From an uncultured Melioribacteraceae bacterium (GTDB lineage Bacteria; Bacteroidota; Ignavibacteria; Ignavibacteriales; Melioribacteraceae), in contig CAZXJG010000004.1 in assembly GCA_964640985.1 (NCBI GenBank), positions 1 to 42,058 of the forward strand: a DNA stretch of 42,058 nucleotides. The letters are read 5' to 3'. The notes below the pieces were generated by a model, which worked only from the letters and a program-made list of their open reading frames with translations, did not search any database and was not told where the DNA came from. The position numbers were made by a program, and so were the translations under genes. Shown one piece after another: positions 9,501-18,643 of the stretch (its first letter is position 1; the number at the start of each line of letters is the position of its first letter).

Positions 9501-10454
9501 ATGTCGAAAAATCATTATAAAGTTGTTGTTATAGGGTCGGGACCTGCAGGGTTAACATCTGCATTATATACAGCGAGAGCGAATTTAAATCCGATAGTTT
9601 TTGAAGGGATGCAGCCGGGAGGACAATTAACAATAACTACGGAAGTTGAAAATTATCCCGGTTTTGAAAAAGGAATTCAAGGTCCTGAGTTAATGGATGT
9701 AATGAGAAAACAAGCTTGTAAATTTGGAGCCGAGTGTGTATTCAAAGAAATTACGGAAGCTGATTTTTCGAAAAAACCTTTTGTGCTGAAATCTGATGAC
9801 GGAGTTAATTATACAGCCGATGCGGTAATAATTTCGACCGGTGCAACTGCAAGATTATTAGGGCTTGAAAGTGAAAAAAAATATATGGGCTATGGGGTTT
9901 CTGCATGTGCTACTTGTGACGGATTTTTCTACAAAAATCAAAAAGTATTGGTTATAGGCGGCGGCGATACAGCTATGGAAGAAGCCACGTATCTAACCAA
10001 ATTTGCTTCAGAGGTTATAATTATTCATCGCCGCGAAGGATTTAGAGCCTCTAAAATTATGCTTGAACGTGCTAAAAAAAATCCTAAAATTAAGTTTATT
10101 ACTAATGCGGTAATTAAAGAAGTATTGGGCGCAGAGGTAATGGGTAATAAGCGTGTAACCGGAGCTTTGTTAAAAAACACTAAAGATAATTCAACGTTTG
10201 AAGTTAAAACCGATGGAATTTTTATTGCAATTGGACATCAACCGAATACGTCTGTTTTCAAAGGGCAGTTAGATATGGATGAAGTGGGCTATTTGCAAGT
10301 ACAAGCGGGTTCAACACGTACAAACATTGAAGGGGTTTTTGCAGCCGGCGATGTTGCGGATAAAACTTATCGACAAGCAGTTACGGCTGCGGGTACAGGC
10401 TGTATGGCTGCTTTAGATGCTCAAAGATGGCTTGAAGAGAAAGGACTTGATTAG
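9501..10454 (+). CDS. trxB: Thioredoxin-disulfide reductase
   Basis: 317 aa. FAD motif VIGSGPAG, redox-active CATCDG, NADPH motif VIGGGDTAMEEA, C-terminal GVFAAGDV. Confidence 0.95.
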   Translation: MSKNHYKVVVIGSGPAGLTSALYTARANLNPIVFEGMQPGGQLTITTEVENYPGFEKGIQGPELMDVMRKQACKFGAECVFKEITEADFSKKPFVLKSDDGVNYTADAVIISTGATARLLGLESEKKYMGYGVSACATCDGFFYKNQKVLVIGGGDTAMEEATYLTKFASEVIIIHRREGFRASKIMLERAKKNPKIKFITNAVIKEVLGAEVMGNKRVTGALLKNTKDNSTFEVKTDGIFIAIGHQPNTSVFKGQLDMDEVGYLQVQAGSTRTNIEGVFAAGDVADKTYRQAVTAAGTGCMAALDAQRWLEEKGLD

Positions 10455-10502
10455 TATCTTTGTTAAAAAGATGGCAGCATATTAAAGATAATTAGGGATG
10501 AA

Positions 10503-11162
10503 ATGGATAATGGTAAATTTCAAAAATTAAAAGAGTGCCTGCCTGCATATTCAGTGCTAATTGGAAGGGAAGAATTTTTTAATTCCGCCGTTCTTATTCC
10601 ACTTGTTCTATTTGAAAATGAATATCATTTCCTTTTTGAACTGCGTTCAAATCAAATTAGGCAAGGTGGTGAAGTTTGTTTCCCCGGAGGTGCCGTTGAA
10701 CAGAACGATAACAATATTATAGAAACCGCAGAACGTGAAACAATAGAAGAATTAGGATTAAACAAAAATAAAATTGAAATAATCGGGTTACTCGGGACTT
10801 ATATTGGGGCAAAAGGTGTTGCCGTTGATGCCTGTGTAGGTAAGTTAAAGATAAATTCATTAAACGAGTTAAATGTTCAAAGTACCGAAGTCGAAAAAGT
10901 ATTTACAGTTCCGGTTTCCTTTTTTGAAAAGAACGAACCGGAAATTTATCGGGTAGATCTTGAAATTCATCCATCCTATCACGATGAAAAAGGGAATAAA
11001 GTTGATCTGCTTCCGGTAAAAGAGTTATCGTTGCCGAAACGATATGAACAACCTTGGAAGGGGAGAAAACATAGGGTACTGGTTTATAAAACTGAAGGTG
11101 AAGTTATTTGGGGAATTACCGCCGGACTGATATTCGAGTTCATCAAAAGATTAACATTGTAA
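10503..11162 (+). CDS. NUDIX hydrolase, CoA pyrophosphatase-like
   Basis: 219 aa. LFELRSNQIRQGGEVCFPGG lead-in typical of CoA pyrophosphatases. Nudix-box core ...AERETIEELGL. Confidence 0.75.
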   Translation: MDNGKFQKLKECLPAYSVLIGREEFFNSAVLIPLVLFENEYHFLFELRSNQIRQGGEVCFPGGAVEQNDNNIIETAERETIEELGLNKNKIEIIGLLGTYIGAKGVAVDACVGKLKINSLNELNVQSTEVEKVFTVPVSFFEKNEPEIYRVDLEIHPSYHDEKGNKVDLLPVKELSLPKRYEQPWKGRKHRVLVYKTEGEVIWGITAGLIFEFIKRLTL

Positions 11163-11268
11163 TATAACTGTGTCGCAATTGTTTTTAAAATACTTATAAC
11201 AATAATTAAGTAAAAAGCCTAAAAGTCTTAAATAAATAAGATTGTTAAATTCAGAATACATTTATCAC

Positions 11269-11297
11269 TTGACAAAATGAGAATTATTACATATTTT
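11269..11297 (+). promoter_or_regulatory. Sigma-70-like promoter candidate for the rhaI transcript
   Basis: TTGACA (11269-11274), 17-nt spacer, TATTTT (11292-11297). The -10 abuts the first 30-bp palindrome. Confidence 0.45.
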
Positions 11298-11326
11298 ACT
11301 TAAAGGTTTTCGAAAACGATTAAGTA
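11297..11326. promoter_or_regulatory. 30-bp near-perfect palindrome, candidate operator 1
   Basis: TACTTAAAGGTTTTC|GAAAACGATTAAGTA. 13 of 15 positions per arm are complementary. The core GTTTTCGAAAAC is a perfect palindrome. Confidence 0.5.
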
Positions 11327-11401
11327 ATTGATAAGTTTAGAAAATTATATTTGTGACTGACGTGGCGAAGCTGTATTTATTTTAAAAATTTTTTAAGATG
11401 T

Positions 11402-11431
11402 AACTTAAAGGTTTTCGAAAACGATTAAGTA
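11402..11431. promoter_or_regulatory. Second copy of the same palindrome, candidate operator 2
   Basis: AACTTAAAGGTTTTCGAAAACGATTAAGTA is identical to copy 1 over 29 nt. The centres are 105 bp apart. Confidence 0.5.
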
Positions 11432-11686
11432 TCCGTTGATTAAACATTTATACTTTTGAATTCTACTATTAAGCTGTATTAAAATGATATTATCGATTCT
11501 ATTAAGGGGTCATTCCATATATTTCATCAAAATTTTGCAAAGTTACATTAATAAATAATAATAAGTGAGTTTACTCTGAAAAGCCTAAAATTCAATTATT
11601 TGTTTCATCTTAGAGTAAGATTTAATATTTTTTTAAATACACCTTTTTAGATTGATTAATTAATAATTTAAAAAAAGAGAGAAATA

Positions 11687-12961
11687 ATGAAGGAAAAACA
11701 ATTTGAATATGGTTTAAAGTATCTTATCGAAGAATTTGGAGAAGATGCTGTAAACAAGGCAATAAAAGCCATTGAAAACTTTAAGGTAGAAATTCCAAGC
11801 TGGGTTTTTGGTAATTTTGGCGGGAATAGATTTGGGGAATATATGACCCCTGGTTATGCAAGGAATATAAATGAAAAATTAGATGATGCAGCGTATGTTG
11901 ATAGATTAACGTATGCTGTTGATGGAATAGCAACGCATATATTATGGGATTATTCAATTGATGGTATAAAAGGATCATTTGAAATTGCTGAACATGTAGC
12001 TCAAGAAGCAAAAAAGCGTGGTTTAAAACTAGGTTCAATTAATCCGACGTACTTTCTAAAAGGTTCGCACCGGGGAAGCTTATCTGCCGAAGAACCAAAA
12101 ACCCGGGATAATTTTATTGAACAAACAATTCTTGCCGCCCGAATTGCAAGTGAATTAGCAAATAGAATTCTAGCAATTTGGGTCCCGGATGGTTCGAATT
12201 ATCCAGGACAAGTTGAGTTACGAAAAGCTTTTAAAAATACAAAACGCTCGCTTAAAGAAATTGCTAAAGGAATTGAAAAAATTAATAAGAATTCAAAGGA
12301 TGGAAATGTAAAAACATTAATTGAATATAAAGTATTTGAACCTGGTACTTATAGTACTGTAATATCAGATTGGGGAAGTGCATACCTCTTAGCTAGAGAA
12401 TTCGGTGAAAATGGAGGTGTTCTAATTGATATGGGGCATCATCTCCATTCAACTAATGTAGAACAAATTATTGCTAAATTATTAAATGAAGGTATGTATG
12501 GCGGACTTCATTTTAATACTAGGTATGCAGCAGATGATGATCATGCAGTTGAACCTAATTCACAAATGGCAAGAGTTTTCTATGAATTAGTTTCCGGCGG
12601 TGGTTTATTTGGTAACAATAATTGGGCAATGATGATAGACCAGTGCAGCAGTAGAGAAAAAAGAATACCTGCAATTTTACATTCTATTGATTCTTTGCAA
12701 TTATCTTTGGCAAAGTCAGTGTTGGTAAATAAAGAATTACTTTCAGTTTATCAAAAAAATGATGATGTCATATTAGCCAATCGTATATTCAATAATGCAA
12801 TTATGAACGTTGATGTACGACCAATCGTGGCGAAGGCAAGGCTAAATAAAAATTTACCTGTCGATACACTTGAAGCTTACTACAAAAGCGGCTACCAAGA
12901 AAAAATAGAACATGAACGAATTAAAAAATCAGAGGCAAATACTATTAAAATTAATTCATAA
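11687..12961 (+). CDS. rhaI: L-rhamnose isomerase, Pseudomonas stutzeri-type (xylose-isomerase-like TIM barrel)
   Basis: 424 aa. From memory it aligns with P. stutzeri L-RhI: IPSWVFGNFGGNRF, KLDDAAYV, VWVPDGSNYPGQ, EYKVFEPGTYSTVISDWGSAYLLA, LIDMGHH..STNVEQI, GGLHFN.RYAADDD. Confidence 0.88.
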   Translation: MKEKQFEYGLKYLIEEFGEDAVNKAIKAIENFKVEIPSWVFGNFGGNRFGEYMTPGYARNINEKLDDAAYVDRLTYAVDGIATHILWDYSIDGIKGSFEIAEHVAQEAKKRGLKLGSINPTYFLKGSHRGSLSAEEPKTRDNFIEQTILAARIASELANRILAIWVPDGSNYPGQVELRKAFKNTKRSLKEIAKGIEKINKNSKDGNVKTLIEYKVFEPGTYSTVISDWGSAYLLAREFGENGGVLIDMGHHLHSTNVEQIIAKLLNEGMYGGLHFNTRYAADDDHAVEPNSQMARVFYELVSGGGLFGNNNWAMMIDQCSSREKRIPAILHSIDSLQLSLAKSVLVNKELLSVYQKNDDVILANRIFNNAIMNVDVRPIVAKARLNKNLPVDTLEAYYKSGYQEKIEHERIKKSEANTIKINS

Positions 12962-13164
12962 ACTAAATGTCTCTAATAAGTCGTTTTCAATTTATCGAAT
13001 CATTAATATTAACTAAAATCAAAGCTTATCCGTAAGAAAAATATTTTTTAGAGGGGATTCATAATTCAAATGTTAAATTTGATAATATGAATTGGTACAA
13101 TTTTTTTTGTTCATTAAATGTATTTATTATCTTAATAAGAAACTAATTAAAAAAAAGGACTTGT

Positions 13165-14592
13165 ATGTTTAAAGAGAAATTGCTAAGTCATCTGAATTCA
13201 GTAGAAGAATATGAACGGACTCCGGTTCCAAAACTACAGCGGAAAGGATGGGGGGGCTTTATAGGTATGTATATCGGAGAACATACTGCAGGCACAGAAT
13301 TTGTTATAGGACCTTTATTCGTTGCTCATGGGGTGACCGCTAGCGATTTGATTTTTGGATTATTAGTAGGTGATTTTTTAGCCGTATTAAGCTGGGCGTT
13401 TATTTGTTCCCCGATCGCTACAAGATATCGTTTAACGCTTTATTATATGCTTGAGAAAATTTGTGGGGTTAAATTAACAACGGTATATAATTTAGTAAAT
13501 GCACTTATGTTTTGTTTTCTTGCCGGAGCAATGATCGCAGTTTCTGCTACTGCAGTCGGTATCCCATTTCACTTAGGTATGCCTTCACTGAATCAATGGT
13601 TACCGAATAGTTTTGAGTGGATAATTATAGTTATACTTGTTGGAATAGTTACTACTTTGATAGCAATGTTTGGATATAATCAAGTTTCTAAATTTGCTAA
13701 TATAGCGGCGCCTTGGATGATTCTTGTGTTTATTGCTGCAGCTGTAGCTGTATTGCCGGATTTAGGTGTTACTTCAGTATCAAATTTTTGGGAAATCGCA
13801 AAAACAAAAATTTGGACAGGTAAAGCACTGCCCGGACAAAGCCAATTCACCTTTTGGCATGTTATGTTCTTCGCCTGGTTTGTTAATATGGCTATGCATA
13901 TTGGAATGTCTGATTTGTCTATTCTACGTTATGCAAAAAAATGGTATCATGGTTTTTCTCCAATTGGTGGAATGTACGTTGGTCATTATATCGCTTGGAT
14001 TGCGTCGGGTATTTTGTATGCATTGTTTTTACAAGAAACGCACTTTAGCACACAATTTGCCCCTGGTCCTATTGCCTACCGGGCTGCTGGAATAGCAGGT
14101 GCTATATGTGTAATTATAGCTGGATGGACTACAGCAAATCCTACAATTTACCGAGCCGGTTTAGCTCTTCAAGCTATAAAGCCGAAATGGAAGACCTGGA
14201 AGGTTACTATGATAGTGGGTTTGATGACTACCATAGTAGCAATATTTCCTGCCATAGTTATGAAACTACTCGATTTTGTAGCTCTTTATGGTCTTATATT
14301 AATGCCGATGGGCGCAATAATAATGATGGATGTTTATATACTACCAAAACTAAATTTAAAACCAAATTTTGCTGAATACTTTCACAAATCTTTGAATCAA
14401 GCTGCGATGATTACATGGGTTCTAACTTTGATTTTATGTCTGGCTATTAATTTATATTTTGGAATGGAGATTTTCTTTTTAGGTTTACCGGGATGGTTTA
14501 TCGCATCAATAATATATATTATCTCAAGTGTAATAATGCAAAAAATAACAACTAAAAGGAGTATGACCAATGAAGTTAAAATTGTTGCTTAA
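13165..14592 (+). CDS. NCS1/cytosine-permease-like membrane transporter; substrate unknown, context suggests rhamnose or rhamno-oligosaccharide
   Basis: 475 aa, about 12 hydrophobic segments. The N-terminal ERTPVPKLQRKGWGGF...G lead-in resembles purine-cytosine permease family openings. Confidence 0.6.
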   Translation: MFKEKLLSHLNSVEEYERTPVPKLQRKGWGGFIGMYIGEHTAGTEFVIGPLFVAHGVTASDLIFGLLVGDFLAVLSWAFICSPIATRYRLTLYYMLEKICGVKLTTVYNLVNALMFCFLAGAMIAVSATAVGIPFHLGMPSLNQWLPNSFEWIIIVILVGIVTTLIAMFGYNQVSKFANIAAPWMILVFIAAAVAVLPDLGVTSVSNFWEIAKTKIWTGKALPGQSQFTFWHVMFFAWFVNMAMHIGMSDLSILRYAKKWYHGFSPIGGMYVGHYIAWIASGILYALFLQETHFSTQFAPGPIAYRAAGIAGAICVIIAGWTTANPTIYRAGLALQAIKPKWKTWKVTMIVGLMTTIVAIFPAIVMKLLDFVALYGLILMPMGAIIMMDVYILPKLNLKPNFAEYFHKSLNQAAMITWVLTLILCLAINLYFGMEIFFLGLPGWFIASIIYIISSVIMQKITTKRSMTNEVKIVA

Positions 14593-14749
14593 GTTATTAT
14601 CTGCCATAGGATTTATTCTTACAATACTCCCCTCTTTTTTTGTATTTAATAATACAATTGATCTTAATACAGATAAATTATTAATGTTTTTCGGTACGAT
14701 AATTTGGTTTTCTAGTTCACCGTTTTGGATGAACAAAGGTGCTAAATAA
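14570..14749 (+). CDS. Small (59 aa) two-TM membrane protein, absent from the ORF track
   Basis: ATG at 14570, preceded by AAAAGGAG at 8-9 nt spacing. Translation: MKLKLLLKLLSAIGFILTILPSFFVFNNTIDLNTDKLLMFFGTIIWFSSSPFWMNKGAK. Overlaps the transporter 3' end by 23 nt. Confidence 0.45.
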   Translation: MKLKLLLKLLSAIGFILTILPSFFVFNNTIDLNTDKLLMFFGTIIWFSSSPFWMNKGAK

Positions 14750-15037
14750 TGAATAAATATAAGAAGGAGATTGACTTAAAGTATAACATTTAATAGTTTC
14801 ATTAATTAGTTTATCAAAAAGATATCTTCAAAGAAAAATATTCTAAAAATCAATCCTTTTCCATTGTTTAAATGAGCGGAATATTTTTATTTGATATTTC
14901 AAAAAGTTTTTACACTTTATATACATATGGCGACTAAGTCGCAATTATGAATGTTGAATGATGAATTGTGAATTGAAAAACTTAAGAGCAAAAATTTTCA
15001 AACAAAAAAAACAAGGATTTAGTTGTTAATACTATAA

Positions 15038-16051
15038 ATGTATCAAAAAATAAGAAATAAATTAACCTTAAAAGATGTGGCGAAGGAGTTGTCCGTTACG
15101 CCGGCAACGGTTTCCAAAGCGCTAAGAGATAGCAGTGATATCTCTTTAGAAATGAAACAAAAAGTTAAAAAAATTGCAAAAAAATTGGGGTATCGCCCAA
15201 ACTTATTGGCAAGATCGTTAATTAGTAAAAAAAGTAAATTATTGGGAATATTAATTCCGGACTTACGAATATCTTTTTTCTCCGAAGCTGTAAGAGGTAT
15301 ATACGAGGAAGCAAATAGGAAAGGATATGAAACTATTTTGTTGGTTCATGATGAAAATAGAGTAATTGAGAGGAAAAAATTAGAATTCTTATCAGACATT
15401 CATACTGATGGAATATTATTAAATGCAACAGGGGCTAAAAGCAATTATAAACTTTATACTAAATTAGCCGAAGAAGGTATAAATATAGTTTGTTGGGATA
15501 GAAAATTAGAAGGACTTGAGTTTTATTCGGTAACGATTGATGACAAAAAAGCGTCTTTCGAACTGACATCAAAGATGATCAATGAGGGACGAAAACATAT
15601 ACTTTTTTTAGGTCCAAATACGGGGATACCTGTTGCAAAATATCGTTTTGAAGGATACAAGTTAGCTTTGGAACACCATGGTATTGCTTTTGATCCCAAA
15701 TTGGAAGTTCAAACATTCAGGAATTATTCTGATAGTTATAAAAAAATATTATCATTGTTAAAAAGTAAAATAAAAATTGATGCAATTGTTAGTATTGGCG
15801 GTTTAATTACTTATGGTGCTGGGAAAGCAATTTTAGATAGCAAACTCTCTATTCCGGATGATATAATGCTTGGTGAATTTGGTGATAATAATATTGTTTA
15901 TAAACTAAGTGTCCCTTTTTTAACTGTCTATCAACATCCTTATACCTTAGGAAAGTCTTCTGTTGATTTACTTATTAAATTAATTGAAAATCAGGATAAA
16001 TTAGATGATTTTAAAGATATCATAATAGATTCTGAAGTTTTGCAGCGTTAG
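15038..16051 (+). CDS. LacI-family transcriptional regulator
   Basis: 337 aa. N-terminal HTH TLKDVAKELSVTPATVSKALRD, followed by a periplasmic-binding-protein-like sugar-sensor domain. Confidence 0.9.
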   Translation: MYQKIRNKLTLKDVAKELSVTPATVSKALRDSSDISLEMKQKVKKIAKKLGYRPNLLARSLISKKSKLLGILIPDLRISFFSEAVRGIYEEANRKGYETILLVHDENRVIERKKLEFLSDIHTDGILLNATGAKSNYKLYTKLAEEGINIVCWDRKLEGLEFYSVTIDDKKASFELTSKMINEGRKHILFLGPNTGIPVAKYRFEGYKLALEHHGIAFDPKLEVQTFRNYSDSYKKILSLLKSKIKIDAIVSIGGLITYGAGKAILDSKLSIPDDIMLGEFGDNNIVYKLSVPFLTVYQHPYTLGKSSVDLLIKLIENQDKLDDFKDIIIDSEVLQR

Positions 16052-16401
16052 AATTTTCATTTAACCTTCTTTTTTCTTTAGTTTATCATTATTTGCAGTT
16101 GTAGTCAGATTTAATATCTTTTTTATTGTCTCCAGACATATAAATGATCATGGAACATTAAAGTTGTTTGATAAATTTTAGAATTAAGTTTAACCTAAAT
16201 TTTTTATAAGAATTTTTATAATAAACCTTCATAAAGTTAAAAAAACTGTTCAGACTAAGTACTTCCTATTGCAAAGTCAGGGTTAAACAACAACGAAGTT
16301 ACAGATTGACATACATTTTTATCGTTCCCCAAAAAGTTATCTAAAAAGGACTTTTAATTTTTAACAATTAAATATTCTATAAATTTTTCAAGGCATAGAC
16401 T

Positions 16402-18258
16402 ATGAGAAACACTAAGTTGATAAAACGATTATCATTATTACAAATAGTAGCATTCAGTTTAGTCATTTTTATAAATTTTGTCGGCTCAGATAAAATATTT
16501 GGTAAAGAAATATTAACAATAAAATCTGATACTAAATCTGTACAAATGGGGCGTACCTTTCGATTAAAGGCACATTTAAAGTTAAAATCCGAATCATTGG
16601 CGAAAAACTATCTATTGCTTCCGTATGTGAATAATCGTAGATGGGGGGCTCAAGAAAAACCTGATTCCAATGGGGATGCAATTTTTATTATACCCCTTCC
16701 AAAGCCTGGTTGTGCAAATATTCAAGTGATTGCAGTGAAATCAGAAAATGACAATTGGATGGGAATTTCCAATCGGGATCTCTTAATGGTTGGTAAACTC
16801 ATGCCCGAGAATGTAGGTATAAGTTCCAACAAAATTAAAATCATAGTTAAAAGGCGAAAGATGCCTAAATTACCTGATGATTCTCATTTTTTTTGTATTC
16901 AATACGAGACGTGGTTTTCTCCTGAATCTTCTTATTGGCAAACTGCCGAAGCAGTACCCCTCATTGGTTTTTATGATTCATATAACGAAGACGTAATCCG
17001 ACAACAGATACTTTGGCTTGTGGATATTGGCGTGAATACAATTATGTTGGACTGGTCTAATCATATTTGGGGTGATGAACACTGGAATCAGCGTGGAAAT
17101 GGGGCAAGAACAATCATTAATAACACTACATTTTTTCTAGAAGTACTTGCAAAAATGCGTGATGATGGTATTGATATCCCCAAAGTTGTATTGATGACGG
17201 GGCTCAGTAACGGACCACCTGCAACAGTAGAAGCTTTAAACGAAGAATTACATTGGATATATCAAAATTATATTCTAAATCCACGATTTAAGAATTTATT
17301 TTGGATTTATGAAGATAAACCCTTAATGGTCATTTTGGATACTGGTGTAATTGGGAATAAGAAGGGTACTTCAGAATCTGCATTTAGAGTACCATTTTTG
17401 AAACAAACCCTTGCTCTTTCTGTTAAAAAACTCAATGAATTTAGAGCCGCTCAAGTTCCAATTGATGACACACATTTTACTATACGTTATATGTCAACTC
17501 AAAATCAGATTACTCATCATAATAAATTAGGCTATTGGTCATGGATGGATGGACAATTAGAGCCTATCGTAACTTATTATAAAGGGAATCCGGAAGCAAT
17601 TACAGTTACACCTTCATTCTTTGTACCAGGGGGTTGGACAGCACAAGGATCTTATGGTCGACTCGGCGGAACAACATATCTTGCAACATTCAAGGTTGCT
17701 CTGAAATATAGACCTCGTGTAATATTTCTTCACCAGTTTAACGAATTTGCCGGGCAAAGGAAAGGACATGGATATGGTAAGAATAAAAGTATTTTTCTTG
17801 ATGAATACAGTAAGGAATTAAGTGACGATATAGAACCGGTATCATTGACAACTCGGGGTTATCGAGAAGACAAAGGGGGATGGGGATTCTATTATCTTAA
17901 TCTAACACATGCTCTAATAGACATATTTCGCGGAAATTCAAGAGGTAGTACAATTTTAGCAGTTGCACCACCACATGTAGTTAAGGATAAGCTATACCTT
18001 AATTGGTCAACAGCGGGAGTATTACCGAGAAACTTTACAATAGCTATTGATGGTAAGACAGTGATAAAAAATATTACCGGAACTTCCTGTAATATTCCTA
18101 TAGATGGTTTAACTTCCGGCTATCACAATATCACTGTCGTTGCAAATGGAGCTATTACACATTATCCTCTTTCTAAAATAAAGTTTGATAACTTTACGAG
18201 ACTCCCAATGTTAGTTAAAGTAAAAAGGGTATTTCACTTAAATAGAAATAAAAGATAA
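16402..18258 (+). CDS. Exported TIM-barrel glycoside-hydrolase-like protein, family unassigned (GH99/WbsX-like pattern), flanked by Ig-like modules
   Basis: 618 aa with an N-terminal hydrophobic signal. Core pattern YETWF...PLIGFYDSYNEDVIRQQILWLVDIGVNTIMLDWSN ... FLHQFNEFAGQ ... LDEYS.ELSDDIEP. Distant paralog of the 26024 gene. Confidence 0.55.
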   Translation: MRNTKLIKRLSLLQIVAFSLVIFINFVGSDKIFGKEILTIKSDTKSVQMGRTFRLKAHLKLKSESLAKNYLLLPYVNNRRWGAQEKPDSNGDAIFIIPLPKPGCANIQVIAVKSENDNWMGISNRDLLMVGKLMPENVGISSNKIKIIVKRRKMPKLPDDSHFFCIQYETWFSPESSYWQTAEAVPLIGFYDSYNEDVIRQQILWLVDIGVNTIMLDWSNHIWGDEHWNQRGNGARTIINNTTFFLEVLAKMRDDGIDIPKVVLMTGLSNGPPATVEALNEELHWIYQNYILNPRFKNLFWIYEDKPLMVILDTGVIGNKKGTSESAFRVPFLKQTLALSVKKLNEFRAAQVPIDDTHFTIRYMSTQNQITHHNKLGYWSWMDGQLEPIVTYYKGNPEAITVTPSFFVPGGWTAQGSYGRLGGTTYLATFKVALKYRPRVIFLHQFNEFAGQRKGHGYGKNKSIFLDEYSKELSDDIEPVSLTTRGYREDKGGWGFYYLNLTHALIDIFRGNSRGSTILAVAPPHVVKDKLYLNWSTAGVLPRNFTIAIDGKTVIKNITGTSCNIPIDGLTSGYHNITVVANGAITHYPLSKIKFDNFTRLPMLVKVKRVFHLNRNKR

Positions 18259-18643
18259 TCTTAAGGATAACAAATTAATTATTATACTAAAAAAAATTAA
18301 AATAAGTCTTTAATATTTTAATCAAAAATATGTTTTGGGATAATATTTTTTTATTTCATCTAAAAAATATTTTAACACTATTTATCAAAAGATGAGAAAT
18401 GGATATTGGCTATTTATATTTAAGTTTTAGTTAAAATGCTAATGAATTTGAAAAATTTCTATTTTAAAATTTAGATTAAATAGACATTATCCACAAAAAA
18501 TTTTTCTTTCTAAAAGTTAAATAGTAATGAAGTGAATACTCGGATTTTTTATAAAAAAAAGCTATAGTATTCATTTAATTTCTGGATAAATAATTTTTTA
18601 ACATGTAATTAATGACTTTATTATTACAAAAAGAGGGTTTAAT

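Noticed and set aside
14524-14736. Minus-strand 70-aa track ORF downstream of the permease.
   Set aside because: It has no RBS and is antisense to a better-supported plus-strand small ORF (14570-14749) that has a strong SD and two clear TM helices.
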